The notes under the pieces are model-generated. The model had not been told where the DNA came from and ran no database searches. It saw only the letters and a program-made list of their open reading frames with translations. Below, in pieces: positions 10,532-20,554 of a stretch of DNA of 64,000 nt; positions within the stretch are counted from its first letter, which is position 1; each line of letters begins with the position of its first letter. This DNA comes from Bdellovibrionota bacterium (lineage in GTDB: Bacteria > Bdellovibrionota > UBA1018 > CAIPTA01 > JAALKR01): positions 1,376,001 to 1,440,000 of the forward strand of contig CBDBMJ010000001.1 of NCBI GenBank assembly GCA_965207455.1, given 5' to 3'. Both the position numbers and the translations under genes were made by a program.

Positions 10532-10963
10532 TCACAACTCCACGTCTGGAAGGTTCAAGTCTGAGCTCTTGTGATGGGTGGCTGCCATGGAAAGCTTTTC
10601 CTTATTTTCCTCTTCCTGTTTACAGGAAATACAGAGTTCTGCTGTGGGTCGGGCTATTAGGCGAAGGAATCTAATGGAGTCGCCGCATTCCGTGCACTCA
10701 CCGTAGGTGCCTTCCTTTATATTCAGTAACGCTTGTTCCACCTTTTTAAAGTATAATTTATCTCGATTGCCTAGGCGAGTATTCATACGCTCATTAACTT
10801 CGCTAGAGGCAAGGTCCAGCACATCGGGGTGACTGTTTTTATCCGTGCCTACATCCGACTTCACAAGCTGTACTTTATTCAAAAGTTCTTCTTTCTCTCT
10901 CAGCAAATTATTCCTACATTTTTGAATTTCTTTTTCTGTAAGTTCTGGGCTTTTTCTTCTCAT
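10532..10963 (-). CDS. dksA: DksA/TraR C4 zinc-finger transcription factor
   Basis: Coiled-coil tip DVLD; YGECTECG..CISCK zinc finger. Confidence 0.88.
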   Translation of the reverse strand: MRRKSPELTEKEIQKCRNNLLREKEELLNKVQLVKSDVGTDKNSHPDVLDLASSEVNERMNTRLGNRDKLYFKKVEQALLNIKEGTYGECTECGDSIRFLRLIARPTAELCISCKQEEENKEKLSMAATHHKSSDLNLPDVEL

Positions 10964-11153
10964 TATTATTTCTCCTTAATCAATTAATTATAGCCGCATA
11001 ATGCAGCATATTAATACTGAAATCTTTCAGCTTTGTCAATATTTTTCGATGCTATGTAGGCACAAAAGGAAAGCTCACACCTCTGCAAAAGGAAAGTTCA
11101 CACCACGGTGTATAATCTTCTTTATTATTAACAACTTAGGGGAGGGAGCATCA

Positions 11154-12367
11154 ATGGAAAGGGAGATTAAGATGATAGAAAAAGTCAGAGATAGGGAGAA
11201 GGCAATGCAAGACATTTCGTCAGGGCTGATAACGCAATCAGAGGCTGCTGGGAGGCTTGGTTTAGGCCGGGAATGGGTGAATCGCCTTTTCAAGAGGTAT
11301 GACAATGATGGTATTGGCGCTTTAGCTCCGAAGCGAGTTGGAAAGCCAAACGCAAGAAAACTCACGGATGATTTTAAGGATTATATAAATAAGATTGTTA
11401 GTGAAAAAAAATATAAGGGCTTTGGACCCACTTTGATGTCGGAGACTTTGTTAGAGAAATTTGAGACTGAAATTTCCAAGGAAACGTTAAGAAAATGGAT
11501 GACGGATTGGGGTTTATGGGAACCTCGTAAATCGAAATTAAAACGAATACACTCTTATCGTGAACGGAGAGAACGCAATGGTGAGCTGGTGCAAATAGAT
11601 GGCTCCCATCATGCTTGGTTTGAGAAAAGAGACCCTAAGTGCTGTTTGATTGTTTTTGTAGACGATGCTAGCAGCAAGATAATATGCCATTTTTCTCCTG
11701 CTGAAACAGCCTTTGCATACATGGAGTGTTTGGAAAAATATATAAAAAAATATGGGATTCCCAGAGCTTTTTACCACGATAGACATGGAATATTCTCGGT
11801 AGCTACCTCTGAAAAAAGGAACCAAGGTGTTAAGTATACTCAGTTTGGTTCTGTTTTACATGAGCTAGGTATTAAGTCTATTAATGCCTATTCTCCTCAA
11901 GCTAAAGGTCGAGTGGAGAGAGTGAATAGAACCCTACAGGATCGCTTGCTAAAAGCCATGCGCTTACAACAGATTAATACTATCGAGGAAGGCAATCTTA
12001 TCTTCCAAAATTCATAGAGAAATACAATAGGCGTTGGGGTTATGAGGTCACTGAAGATGTTCATAGAAATGCAAGAGGTTGGGTAAACGGAGGACTGGAT
12101 AGACTGCTTACATGGAAGAAGGAAAGAATTATAAGTAAAAATCTTTCAATCCAACATAACAGTTGTTTATACCAAATTAAAAGTAATGGTGGAGGTCATC
12201 ACCTCAAGGGTCAAAGAATAACTGTCCTCACCTATCGTGATGGTAGAGTAGAATTAGATTTTAAAGGCAATTCATTAGATTATGAGATTATTAATAGGAA
12301 GCCAAGACCAGCTCTAAGTAGCGATAAAACTATAAACCAGGAAGTAGACCGGCTATTAAAAACATAG
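11154..12367 (+). pseudogene. DDE transposase with a frameshift near 11997
   Basis: HTH, QIDGS, YHDRHG and SPQAKGRVER motifs. A shifted frame continues as YLPKFIEKYNRRW...VDRLLKT to TAG at 12365-12367. Confidence 0.85.
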
Positions 12368-12382
12368 TTGTCCCACAAACCC

Positions 12383-12502
12383 ATGCCTCACTAACATCAC
12401 GAGACCTATGCCTCACTAACATCATTTAGGGGTGGATACACCACAGGCATCGCCTCACTATCATCATTGGGAGCGGATGCCTCACAAGACCTATGTCTCA
12501 CC
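12383..12502. repeat. Degenerate short repeat cluster inside the IS 3' non-coding region
   Basis: GCCTCACTA(A/T)CATCA x3 and GACCTATG(C/T)CTCAC x2. Confidence 0.7.
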
Positions 12503-12954
12503 AAAAATCAGGGCCATCATGAAAAACCGACTAGGCCCACGGAGATCGTTCAGCGGACATCTTCCGTAAAGCGAGGGAATACCTCTATGTCGCAAAGGGT
12601 TGAATAGGAGGGAAATATTAAAGAAAATAAGTCGGAAACTGGATTTTGACCTCAAAAAATGATACACCGTGGTGTGATCTTTCCTTTTGCCCTTACATAC
12701 TTTTCCATGCTGTGTAGACAAAACGAAACCCTCCACCCTTTACATCTCTTAGAGTTGGAGTCTATGATTCCAGCTGATTTTCTTTCATATTTTTCTCTTT
12801 TTGACTTATTGCAATATAATGGTGCCAACCCCTAATGATCGTAGTGAGAAAAAAAGGGGTTGTTGCATAAATATCGTGTGCTATTCGTATTTTTGAGTTG
12901 AAGGATTTTAGCTTTCTTCAAATCCAATATAATGAGGCTTCAGGCAGTTATATA

Positions 12955-12998
12955 ATAACCCCCCTGTCTCCTATAACAGGCAGGGGATTATTTTATTT
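12955..12998. terminator. Probable intrinsic terminator
   Basis: Imperfect GC stem ataacccccctg...caggggattat with AT-rich flanks, downstream of the 13044-13463 gene. Confidence 0.45.
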
Positions 12999-13043
12999 CT
13001 ATAGACTCAGCACACATTACACATGCCCATTTTAACTCTTTAT

Positions 13044-13463
13044 TTAGTTTTGTTGAGCAGGATTTTCTTCTTCAGAGGGAGACTTTGGTAGCGCATAAAC
13101 CTCTAAATTCAGGTTGTTAGGATATTTGGCAAGACAGGTCTTATGAATGGACTTAGTCCGTGGCGTACCACTGCTACAACGAACCATTAACTCACCACTC
13201 AATTTATTGGCTGCCGCACTGCACGAAACATTCCTGCGAATGTCAGTATTATCTGAAAATGTTTTACAAGATAAGATTTCATTTTCAGTGCCTTCACATG
13301 CTCCTGCAGAAGCAAAACAGCCACTGATACTTATACCGTTAACGTTCTCCTCAAGCCAGTCATTTGCCTCTCCTCTTGCCGTTGCTATTTCACTTAGTGC
13401 CACTGTCATTATGACCCCAACTAATAGTGTTGTTATTTTCATAATTTTTTCCTTTCTATTCAT
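13044..13463 (-). CDS. Hypothetical secreted Cys-rich protein
   Basis: Signal-peptide-like N-terminus; 6 Cys. Confidence 0.6.
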   Translation of the reverse strand: MNRKEKIMKITTLLVGVIMTVALSEIATARGEANDWLEENVNGISISGCFASAGACEGTENEILSCKTFSDNTDIRRNVSCSAAANKLSGELMVRCSSGTPRTKSIHKTCLAKYPNNLNLEVYALPKSPSEEENPAQQN

Positions 13464-13641
13464 TAGTTTTTAAGAGACACACCGCATGTTTCTTTTACGA
13501 GAAGCATAATAATCTGACCGGTCATCTGATGTCAAGGATTTAATTTTAAATTGCAGGGGCAATGCATAGCATTTTTCTGCTGATTGGGAGCTATCCAAAC
13601 TCATGGTGGGCTGCGGATGCTCGTATGGGTAATCATAGTTA

Positions 13642-13696
13642 TGTTAAGCATGGTTGACAAGCCCTCAGTGCTCAGTTATGTTAAGCATGCTTGACA
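13642..13696. promoter_or_regulatory. Two tandem 18-bp palindromic operators upstream of the DtxR-family gene
   Basis: TGTTAAGCATGGTTGACA (13642-13659) and TGTTAAGCATGCTTGACA (13679-13696); each contains TTGACA. Confidence 0.7.
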
Positions 13697-14200
13697 AAAA
13701 TTTTACGGGAGAAAATCTTGGACCTTCAATTCGAACAGTACTGGAAAAAATATAGTGACAATGAATTATCTCACTCAGAAACCCACTATTTACTATCCAT
13801 CTATTCCCTTTTAAAAAAAAATCCTGAGTTAAGGGGAGTAACCCTTGCTAAAGAACTGGGAATCAGCCGAAGTGCGGTTCACCTGCAATTAAAGAAATTA
13901 TTGGAAAAAAAACTTATCAAGGTGAAAACCAGCTTAATCACCTTGCCTAAAAAATCAGTCGGAATTATTGAGAAAACTGCAAATAAACGAAAGACCATGA
14001 TTGGGTTTTTAACAGAAGTTCTAGGGCTGCCAAAGTCAGTTGCCACTAAAGATAGTTGCAAGGTGGAGCACCTTTTGTCCGACAAAACAGGCGACGCTTT
14101 ACTTGGATTCCTTCAGTTCATACAGTCAGACAGAAGGGTTGTCTCCCAGTTCTTAAAAGAGTTTAAAGAAAATCAGCAGGAGAAAGAAAATGAACATTAA
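13691..14200 (+). CDS. DtxR/MntR-family metal-dependent regulator (start may be TTG ~13718)
   Basis: SETHYLLSIY, HTH LAKELGISRSAV, DSCKVEHLLS metal site. Confidence 0.88.
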   Translation: MTKILREKILDLQFEQYWKKYSDNELSHSETHYLLSIYSLLKKNPELRGVTLAKELGISRSAVHLQLKKLLEKKLIKVKTSLITLPKKSVGIIEKTANKRKTMIGFLTEVLGLPKSVATKDSCKVEHLLSDKTGDALLGFLQFIQSDRRVVSQFLKEFKENQQEKENEH

Positions 14201-16073
14201 AAGTCTACTATGCATATTTTTTATTATGAGCACCAATGCTTTTGCTTCCAATAATCAAACGGCTGTTCACTTATTAAGTTACCTCGCTCAAGACTATGGG
14301 GAGGCTGTTCAAAATGGTAAAGTTATAAATAAGGAAGAATACCAAGAACAACTCGACTTTTCAAAAGAAGTTGTACGAATAATGAATGAGAATAATTACG
14401 ACAAAGATTTAAAGCAAGAAATTTCAAATTTGAGCGACGGAATTGTAATGAAGAAAAATGCTGATTATATTGCAGCGACTGCCAATAAAATCAAATCCAG
14501 TATTCTTAAAAAATTCAACCTATCCACATATCCAAAATCTGCGATAAATCTAGTAAGAGCCAAGCGTCTCTACCAAAACAACTGCATGAGTTGCCATGGC
14601 AACGATGGCTATGGGGACGGCGTGGCTGGAACTCGCCTTAAACCAAGCCCAACAAATTTCCATAGTTTAGAAAGAATGCAAAATGTTTCACCCTTTGGAG
14701 CGTTTAACACTATATCTCTTGGTGTAAACGGCACAGGAATGGCTCCCCATGCCTATCTTTCCGAAGAAGACCGCTGGTCATTAGCGTACTATATCACCTC
14801 TTTTAGGTTTCAAAATATAAAGAAAATAAAAGGCATTACCCTAAATATAAAAGATAGCTCGTCGCTTTCAGACAAGGAAATAAAAAACAAATACGGACTG
14901 GATGATGAAAAGTTTATGGGCGTTCTAGCAGCTATTCGCAGCACTAATTCCAACCCTCCAAGTACTGGAAAAACAGATCAGGTGGGAATTCATGTTAAAA
15001 AAACTGTAAACAATTTGAAGGAAAGTTTGCGCTTGTACTCTTCAGGAAAAAATAGGGAAGCTAAAAATGCTGCCTTAGCTGCATACTTGCAAGGATTTGA
15101 GCCGATAGAAGGGATTCTTAAATCAAATAACAAGGGGTTGGTTTATGAAATAGAGGCCGACATGTCAAAATACAGGTCGCTGTTGAAAAATAATAGACCG
15201 AAAGAGGAACTGTCGAAGGTTTTAAGTCCCCTCATCACCAAATTGGAAAGTTTTACTCAGATGGAAAAGTATGAGAAAACAAATAAATCATCATTTTTAA
15301 TTGCCTTCGGCGTTGTTCTAAGAGAAGCATTCGAAGCAGGGCTGATTTTATTTTTGCTTTTGAGTCTTACACGAAAATTCAATGCAAAGATTTTCAATAA
15401 ACACATTCACACAGGCTGGATTTCATCATTGTTTTTAGGAATTATTCTCTACTTCGTTTTAGATAATTTCATTACCATAGATGCCGCACTTGCCGAATCA
15501 CTTGAAGGATACACTGCCCTTATAGCTGCCGCATTGCTTTTTTACGTCGGATATTGGATGCATAAAAATACTGATATCCAGAAACTAAAGAAAACCTTTA
15601 CTAGTGCCGTAGGTGATTCTCTCAAAAGCGGAAAAGGTGTGACTCTTTTCTTGATAGTATTTACTGCTGTATTTAGAGAGATATTTGAAGTTTTACTATT
15701 TCTTAAGATACTAATTCTTGATGGTTACGAAAAATTACCTGTTGTTTTTGGCGCTTTTTTTGCAATAATGGTGGCAATTATCACCATATCTGCTGCCATT
15801 AGTTATTCCATTAAACTTAATTTGAAATACATGTTTAGAGCATCAACAGTTTTAATTCTTTCTTTATCCGTTATCTTTCTTGGCAAAGGAATTGGTGCGC
15901 TTCAAGAAACTGGTATTTTTGAGGAAACGAAGCTCAATATTACCTCTCTTTCACCCATTGGCTTCAACGCTACTTCAGAAGTACTTATTGCTCAGGTGAC
16001 TATGATCATAATTATCCTCGCCTATACTTTAATTGCTAGCAAAAGAAAGCAATTGGAAAAAATAACAAATTAA
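14190..16073 (+). CDS. Cytochrome c-FTR1 iron permease fusion (PbrT/EfeU-like)
   Basis: Signal peptide, CMSCH heme site, two RExxE motifs (REAFE, REIFE) in a multi-TM domain. Confidence 0.9.
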   Translation: MNIKSLLCIFFIMSTNAFASNNQTAVHLLSYLAQDYGEAVQNGKVINKEEYQEQLDFSKEVVRIMNENNYDKDLKQEISNLSDGIVMKKNADYIAATANKIKSSILKKFNLSTYPKSAINLVRAKRLYQNNCMSCHGNDGYGDGVAGTRLKPSPTNFHSLERMQNVSPFGAFNTISLGVNGTGMAPHAYLSEEDRWSLAYYITSFRFQNIKKIKGITLNIKDSSSLSDKEIKNKYGLDDEKFMGVLAAIRSTNSNPPSTGKTDQVGIHVKKTVNNLKESLRLYSSGKNREAKNAALAAYLQGFEPIEGILKSNNKGLVYEIEADMSKYRSLLKNNRPKEELSKVLSPLITKLESFTQMEKYEKTNKSSFLIAFGVVLREAFEAGLILFLLLSLTRKFNAKIFNKHIHTGWISSLFLGIILYFVLDNFITIDAALAESLEGYTALIAAALLFYVGYWMHKNTDIQKLKKTFTSAVGDSLKSGKGVTLFLIVFTAVFREIFEVLLFLKILILDGYEKLPVVFGAFFAIMVAIITISAAISYSIKLNLKYMFRASTVLILSLSVIFLGKGIGALQETGIFEETKLNITSLSPIGFNATSEVLIAQVTMIIIILAYTLIASKRKQLEKITN

Positions 16074-16157
16074 GGGAGAAGGACACCTGCAATTCAACAC
16101 CCCAAGGGCTACAAGCTCAAGAACACAACAGTAATAGCCCTGACGCTCTTTACAACA

Positions 16158-17273
16158 ATGTCTTCATTTGAGTATGGAGAAGGCCCTGTTGATAAGCGCA
16201 TGAGTGAACCACTAAAAATAGCTGGTAAAAATTGTGCTTCTGATTTTTATGTATCCGAAAAACTCAAAATCCCTAAGCATATAAGACGTATATTTGATGC
16301 AGAAGAAAAAACTATTCCAACCAAGAAATATATCCCTCTTGCCGCTCAAACAACAACAACCATAACAAAATTCATTTATTTTAAGTGCCTGAGAAAACTG
16401 AATCGTACTCATAAAAATAAATTTAAATCGCTAACCTATGGAGAAGTTAAGTTCGTATGGGATGTAATAAAATCTGAGGTAAAACCCAGGGTAAACCGCG
16501 AATTACAAGCTAAAAGAAAGGACGAAACGAATAAAGAAATCAGAGACAGCACTCAAAGAATTACATCATGGGCCACTGCTCTAAAAGCACTGAACAAAGA
16601 GAATGACACCCATAGTAAGAGCTTGAAGACAAGCAGCACTCAAAGAATTACATCATGGGCCACTGCTCTAAAAGCACTAAATGAAAAGAATGAAACCCAT
16701 AGGAAGACAAGCAACTCTCCTCCAATCCATGAATATGCAGAAGTTCCTATTGATGATCGCATAAAGGAACCTCTAAAAATAGCCAGCAAAAATTGTGCTT
16801 CTAAACTATATGAGTCTGAAAAGTTTGAATCTGTTCATATTATCAGTGCACTTAATGCAAAAGAAAAACCTATTTCAGCATCGAAATACACTCTTATTAC
16901 CGAGAAAATAATAATGCATATAACGAACCTGACTTATTTTAAATGCTTACAAAATATCAATAGTCGTCATAAAAACAAATTTCAATCACTAGCTAGGCAA
17001 GAGGTTAAATTTTTATGGGATACAATAAAAGCTGAAATAACTTCTAGAGTAAACCATGACTTACAAGCCAAAAAAATGCCTGAAACGGATAAAGAGCTTA
17101 GCGACAGTGCTCGAAGAATCCAATCATGGCTTATTCACCTAAACTCAATAAACAAAGAGGATGAAAAAAGGCATAATATTCTCCTAGATCGTAAGGGGGA
17201 TCTTAATACTCCAGGATCAGGTGAATCTCCCCCACCAAGTAATAAAGGCTCTAAGAGTAAATACGGCGGTTAA
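16158..17273 (+). CDS. Hypothetical protein with two homologous halves
   Basis: EYGEGPVDKRMSEPLKIAGKNCAS vs EYAEVPIDDRIKEPLKIASKNCAS; perfect 45-bp repeat at 16547 and 16634. Confidence 0.65.
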   Translation: MSSFEYGEGPVDKRMSEPLKIAGKNCASDFYVSEKLKIPKHIRRIFDAEEKTIPTKKYIPLAAQTTTTITKFIYFKCLRKLNRTHKNKFKSLTYGEVKFVWDVIKSEVKPRVNRELQAKRKDETNKEIRDSTQRITSWATALKALNKENDTHSKSLKTSSTQRITSWATALKALNEKNETHRKTSNSPPIHEYAEVPIDDRIKEPLKIASKNCASKLYESEKFESVHIISALNAKEKPISASKYTLITEKIIMHITNLTYFKCLQNINSRHKNKFQSLARQEVKFLWDTIKAEITSRVNHDLQAKKMPETDKELSDSARRIQSWLIHLNSINKEDEKRHNILLDRKGDLNTPGSGESPPPSNKGSKSKYGG

Positions 17274-17333
17274 GCACAGATTTTAATGAAGCAAACTCTT
17301 GCACTTCCTCCACTCCTACAGTAGAGCATAGCT

Positions 17334-18104
17334 ATGGAGACATTCAGCCTAACCAACAGCCCTCCCAAGCCATACCCCAAGCAAAACTATGAGCCATACC
17401 GGGCATCAGGAAACCCCTATGCCAATCGCTACCTTCAACTCCCCTCCCATGCTCCCACTGCCTTCTCCTCCAATGCCACAGAACAATTTCGAGGGCAGTG
17501 GCAAAAATTTTTTGGAGCCTCCCCCAAGCAAAAACTTCATGTGGAGTTGGGCTCCTATCATGGAGAAACACTCATTACAATGGCCAAGCAACACCCGGAG
17601 GAACTGTTCATTGGTGTGGAATGGAAATTTAAGGAATGTTTCCGGGCAGCAGAGAAAGCTATCCACGAACAAATACCTAATATTTGTTTTCTACGGGCCA
17701 ACCTAGCTCGTTTGCCCTGGATGTTTGCTCCCCATGAAATAGATCAGGTATGGATTGCTTTTCCCGATCCCTGGCCCAAAAAAAATCAACAAAAATGGCG
17801 TACTCTCCATTCCGACTTTTTCCGATCCTTGGGTCTGCTCCTATCTCCCAATAAAAAAGTACTGCTAAAGACGGATCATATCGACTACGCTGCCCATATC
17901 GTCGAAGCCGTAAAAGAATCTCAAGCCTTCCACACCCTAGACGAAACCCTCACATCCAACCTATGGAAAACCTTCCCTGATACTCCTTTTGAACGAATTT
18001 TTCTTCGTAATGCTAAGACGATTTTTTCATTGGCCTTGGAACGAAACGGGAATCCAATAACCCCTCCCCTCCCAGTGCAGGAAATATTTCAATCCCCCAC
18101 TTGA
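17334..18104 (+). CDS. trmB: tRNA (guanine-N7)-methyltransferase
   Basis: VELGSYHG, FIGVE, FPDPWPKK and LKTD motifs. Confidence 0.9.
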   Translation: METFSLTNSPPKPYPKQNYEPYRASGNPYANRYLQLPSHAPTAFSSNATEQFRGQWQKFFGASPKQKLHVELGSYHGETLITMAKQHPEELFIGVEWKFKECFRAAEKAIHEQIPNICFLRANLARLPWMFAPHEIDQVWIAFPDPWPKKNQQKWRTLHSDFFRSLGLLLSPNKKVLLKTDHIDYAAHIVEAVKESQAFHTLDETLTSNLWKTFPDTPFERIFLRNAKTIFSLALERNGNPITPPLPVQEIFQSPT

Positions 18105-18884
18105 GTCCACTTTTTCCTCGATACATTCACATAGCTGGTAGTATGCAGTACGATGAAACCTAGCCCGCAAGCCACCTATCCGACAATAAAAGGCATTATC
18201 CTTACCTAAAAAAAGCGTGGACGGATCAAGCCCTGCCGTAACGCCTCCCTTAAGCTCAAGCTTATAATTTTTCTTGTCTAAACCCACTACATGCAAGGGA
18301 GAGTCTTCCACAATTACCCACAAGCTCTCTCCTCCCACACAAACCACAAAACTGTCTTTATTTTTCTCCAAGCTACGATGGAATAAATCAACGGTTCGCC
18401 CATGGGTAATTTTCTCTCCTTCTTGGAACCACTCACCTTCTTTGGATAAATAAAGAGGGGGAACTGAGGCACGAAAAATAGATTCCCGTACATGGGGAAA
18501 GTTCACCTGTCGTTGGGCTTGCTCCGGACTCCACCATTTGTATTCACAATGCTCTTTCCCATCGAGTGTGGGCTGGGGAGGTTTGTCGCCAACAAGAGCT
18601 AGCAAAAAAGATTTCTCCTGTGCCCAGCCCCACTGGCCCTTAAATGTATGCTCCAAGAATAGATCTTGAGGAAAAAGAGGAAAAGAAAGGCCTGTTTCTT
18701 CCTGAGCTTCCCTTAGGGCTGCCTCCACAAACGACTCTCCTGGTTCCACACCCCCCGTTACAGGCTGCCAGAATCCTCCCATTTGCGGTGGTCGTTGCAA
18801 CAGGAGCACCTGAGGGTTTTTCCCCAAACAATCCCAGAAAGTAATGACAACTAATGCTTTTTTTTGGTATTTCTCTGGTGCCAC
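18027..18884 (-). CDS. NUDIX hydrolase (NudB-like) fused to a DUF1285-like domain
   Basis: FWQPVTGGVEPGESFVEAALREAQEETGL Nudix box; C-terminal EGEWFQEGEKITH..VIVEDSP; probable GTG start at 18884. Confidence 0.8.
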   Translation of the reverse strand: MAPEKYQKKALVVITFWDCLGKNPQVLLLQRPPQMGGFWQPVTGGVEPGESFVEAALREAQEETGLSFPLFPQDLFLEHTFKGQWGWAQEKSFLLALVGDKPPQPTLDGKEHCEYKWWSPEQAQRQVNFPHVRESIFRASVPPLYLSKEGEWFQEGEKITHGRTVDLFHRSLEKNKDSFVVCVGGESLWVIVEDSPLHVVGLDKKNYKLELKGGVTAGLDPSTLFLGKDNAFYCRIGGLRARFHRTAYYQLCECIEEKVDSSGGLKYFLHWEGRGYWIPVSFQGQ

Positions 18885-18941
18885 GCTTAGAAGATAGCAG
18901 TCCTTGCATAAATTGTAAAAGAAGACGAATATGGGAAAAAT

Positions 18942-19805
18942 ATGAACGTAATAAAACCACCGAAAGCCGTCTCCCATCTTATCGACCTCGCCCTCGAAGA
19001 GGACTGGAGAGATGGAGACCCCAGCGCCCTATCCGTTCCTCCCTCTACCCTAGCCACAGCCACCATTATTGCCAAACAACCCACCATTGTCTCCGGTCTT
19101 TGGCTCATTGACGAAATACTCCAACACGCCCAATGTGTACCCAATGAATTACACTTTTTTTCCACCACGGGAGAATATGTGGAAGCCCAATCCAAGTTAG
19201 CCAGCATTACCACTGAGGCTCGCACATTACTAGGCTTGGAACGTACCATATTAAATTTTCTCCAGCGCACTTGTGGCATTGCCACTAGAGCTCATCAAAT
19301 TCGCACCCTACTGGGAAATAGAGATATAAAAATTTTAGACACCCGTAAAACAATTCCTGGATGGAGATACTTGGATAAACGTTCCGTATCCGATGGCAAA
19401 CTGTGGAACCATCGCTTTAACCTCAACGACGGCGTGCTGATCAAGGAAAACCACATATATGCAGCAGGAGGGATAAAAAATGCCATAGAGAATTACCTCA
19501 AAAATACAGACGCACTCGATCAACTACAAATGGAAGTACAATCCATGGATGAAGCTCAAGAGGCCTGTACCTTAGGTGTGCGCAATGTACTGCTGGATAA
19601 TTTCTCTCCATCCAAACTCCAAAAAGTAGTGAAAGATTTACGAGCCCAATACCCTAATCTAACCCTAGAGGCTTCTGGAAATATTTCCATAACAAACCTA
19701 CCTTCCTATTTAGACAGTGGCGTGGATCGCATCAGTATGGGTTGTCTCACCCACTCCATAGAAAGCTCTGATCTTTCCATGCTGTTTTCTTTCCACGAGA
19801 AATAA
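18942..19805 (+). CDS. nadC: Quinolinate phosphoribosyltransferase
   Basis: LDTRKTIPG, NHRFNL, IKENH, LLDNF and EASGN motifs. Confidence 0.95.
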   Translation: MNVIKPPKAVSHLIDLALEEDWRDGDPSALSVPPSTLATATIIAKQPTIVSGLWLIDEILQHAQCVPNELHFFSTTGEYVEAQSKLASITTEARTLLGLERTILNFLQRTCGIATRAHQIRTLLGNRDIKILDTRKTIPGWRYLDKRSVSDGKLWNHRFNLNDGVLIKENHIYAAGGIKNAIENYLKNTDALDQLQMEVQSMDEAQEACTLGVRNVLLDNFSPSKLQKVVKDLRAQYPNLTLEASGNISITNLPSYLDSGVDRISMGCLTHSIESSDLSMLFSFHEK

Positions 19806-20554
19806 TGCCAAAAAAAATGAACGAAATAAATTTCCAAATAGAACACCACAACACCCTCCCCTCCACAAACTCCTTTCTCCTCCACCAAGCCGGGCAGGAC
19901 ACATTTCATGGGAAAGTGGTAGTGGCCCGGGAGCAAACTAAGGGGAAGGGCAGGCTTGCTAGAACATGGGAGAGTCACAAAGAAAATCTTGCCTTTAGTA
20001 TCGGTTTTTGCCTTTCTTCGCAACCTCAATGCATACCCTATTACCCCCTATACACCACCGTATGTGTATACGACGTTTTAAGCTCCTATCTCACAGACAA
20101 TACAAACCTATCCATTAAGTGGCCCAACGACATTCTTTGGGAAAAACGAAAACTCATGGGAACTCTAAGCCAAGTGCGCACTCAAAAAGATAAAAACTAT
20201 ATCAGCATCGGCGTGGGCATCAATCTAAAATGGGCTCCTCCAGGAATGGATGCCATATCCATGAATGAGCTTCCTCTCACGAAACCCATAGAGAAAAACT
20301 GCTTACAAGAAATTTTAGAAAATATACAATCCACCTATTCCCAATGGAACTCATTCTCCTGTGTGCAAAGAGAGTGGGAAAAGCGTGCGAAATTTTTAGG
20401 AAAAAGGGTGCAGTTTGGTGTCACAAATAAAAAGAACAGCACAATGCAATCGGGCCTAGCCCTAGGGTTAAAAGAAAACGGCGCTTTGGTGGTGGAACTG
20501 GATTCAGGAGAAAAAAAAGAATTGCTTACTGAGGATCTGTCTCTAAGGTTTTAA
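19805..20554 (+). CDS. birA: Biotin-protein ligase (no HTH)
   Basis: STN, QTKGKGR, KWPND and GVGIN motifs. Confidence 0.93.
   Translation: MPKKMNEINFQIEHHNTLPSTNSFLLHQAGQDTFHGKVVVAREQTKGKGRLARTWESHKENLAFSIGFCLSSQPQCIPYYPLYTTVCVYDVLSSYLTDNTNLSIKWPNDILWEKRKLMGTLSQVRTQKDKNYISIGVGINLKWAPPGMDAISMNELPLTKPIEKNCLQEILENIQSTYSQWNSFSCVQREWEKRAKFLGKRVQFGVTNKKNSTMQSGLALGLKENGALVVELDSGEKKELLTEDLSLRF

Larger units (their letters stand above)
11055..12697 (+). mobile_element. IS1202/ISNCY-like insertion sequence
   Basis: TGT...ACA ends. IRL TGTAGGCACAAAAGGAAAGCTCACAC matches reverse-complemented IRR TGTAAGGGCAAAAGGAAAGATCACAC. Flanks are imperfect 15-bp direct repeats (tatttttcgatgcta / tacttttccatgctg). 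Confidence 0.8.

Noticed and set aside
10990..11020. dif-like target for the IS (CGCATAATGCAGC)
   Set aside because: The XerD half does not match, it is ~35 bp from the IS end, and it overlaps the likely dksA promoter.
11990..12010. Programmed frameshift in the transposase
   Set aside because: No recognisable slippery heptamer; a simple deletion or sequencing error is more parsimonious.
12383..12502. Possible mini CRISPR array
   Set aside because: Repeats are only ~15 nt, irregularly spaced, lie inside an IS, and no cas genes are present.
13622..13690. dif/pdif-like sites (TTATGTTAAG resembles an XerD arm)
   Set aside because: XerC arms are poor; the 18-bp dyad operator explains the sequence better.
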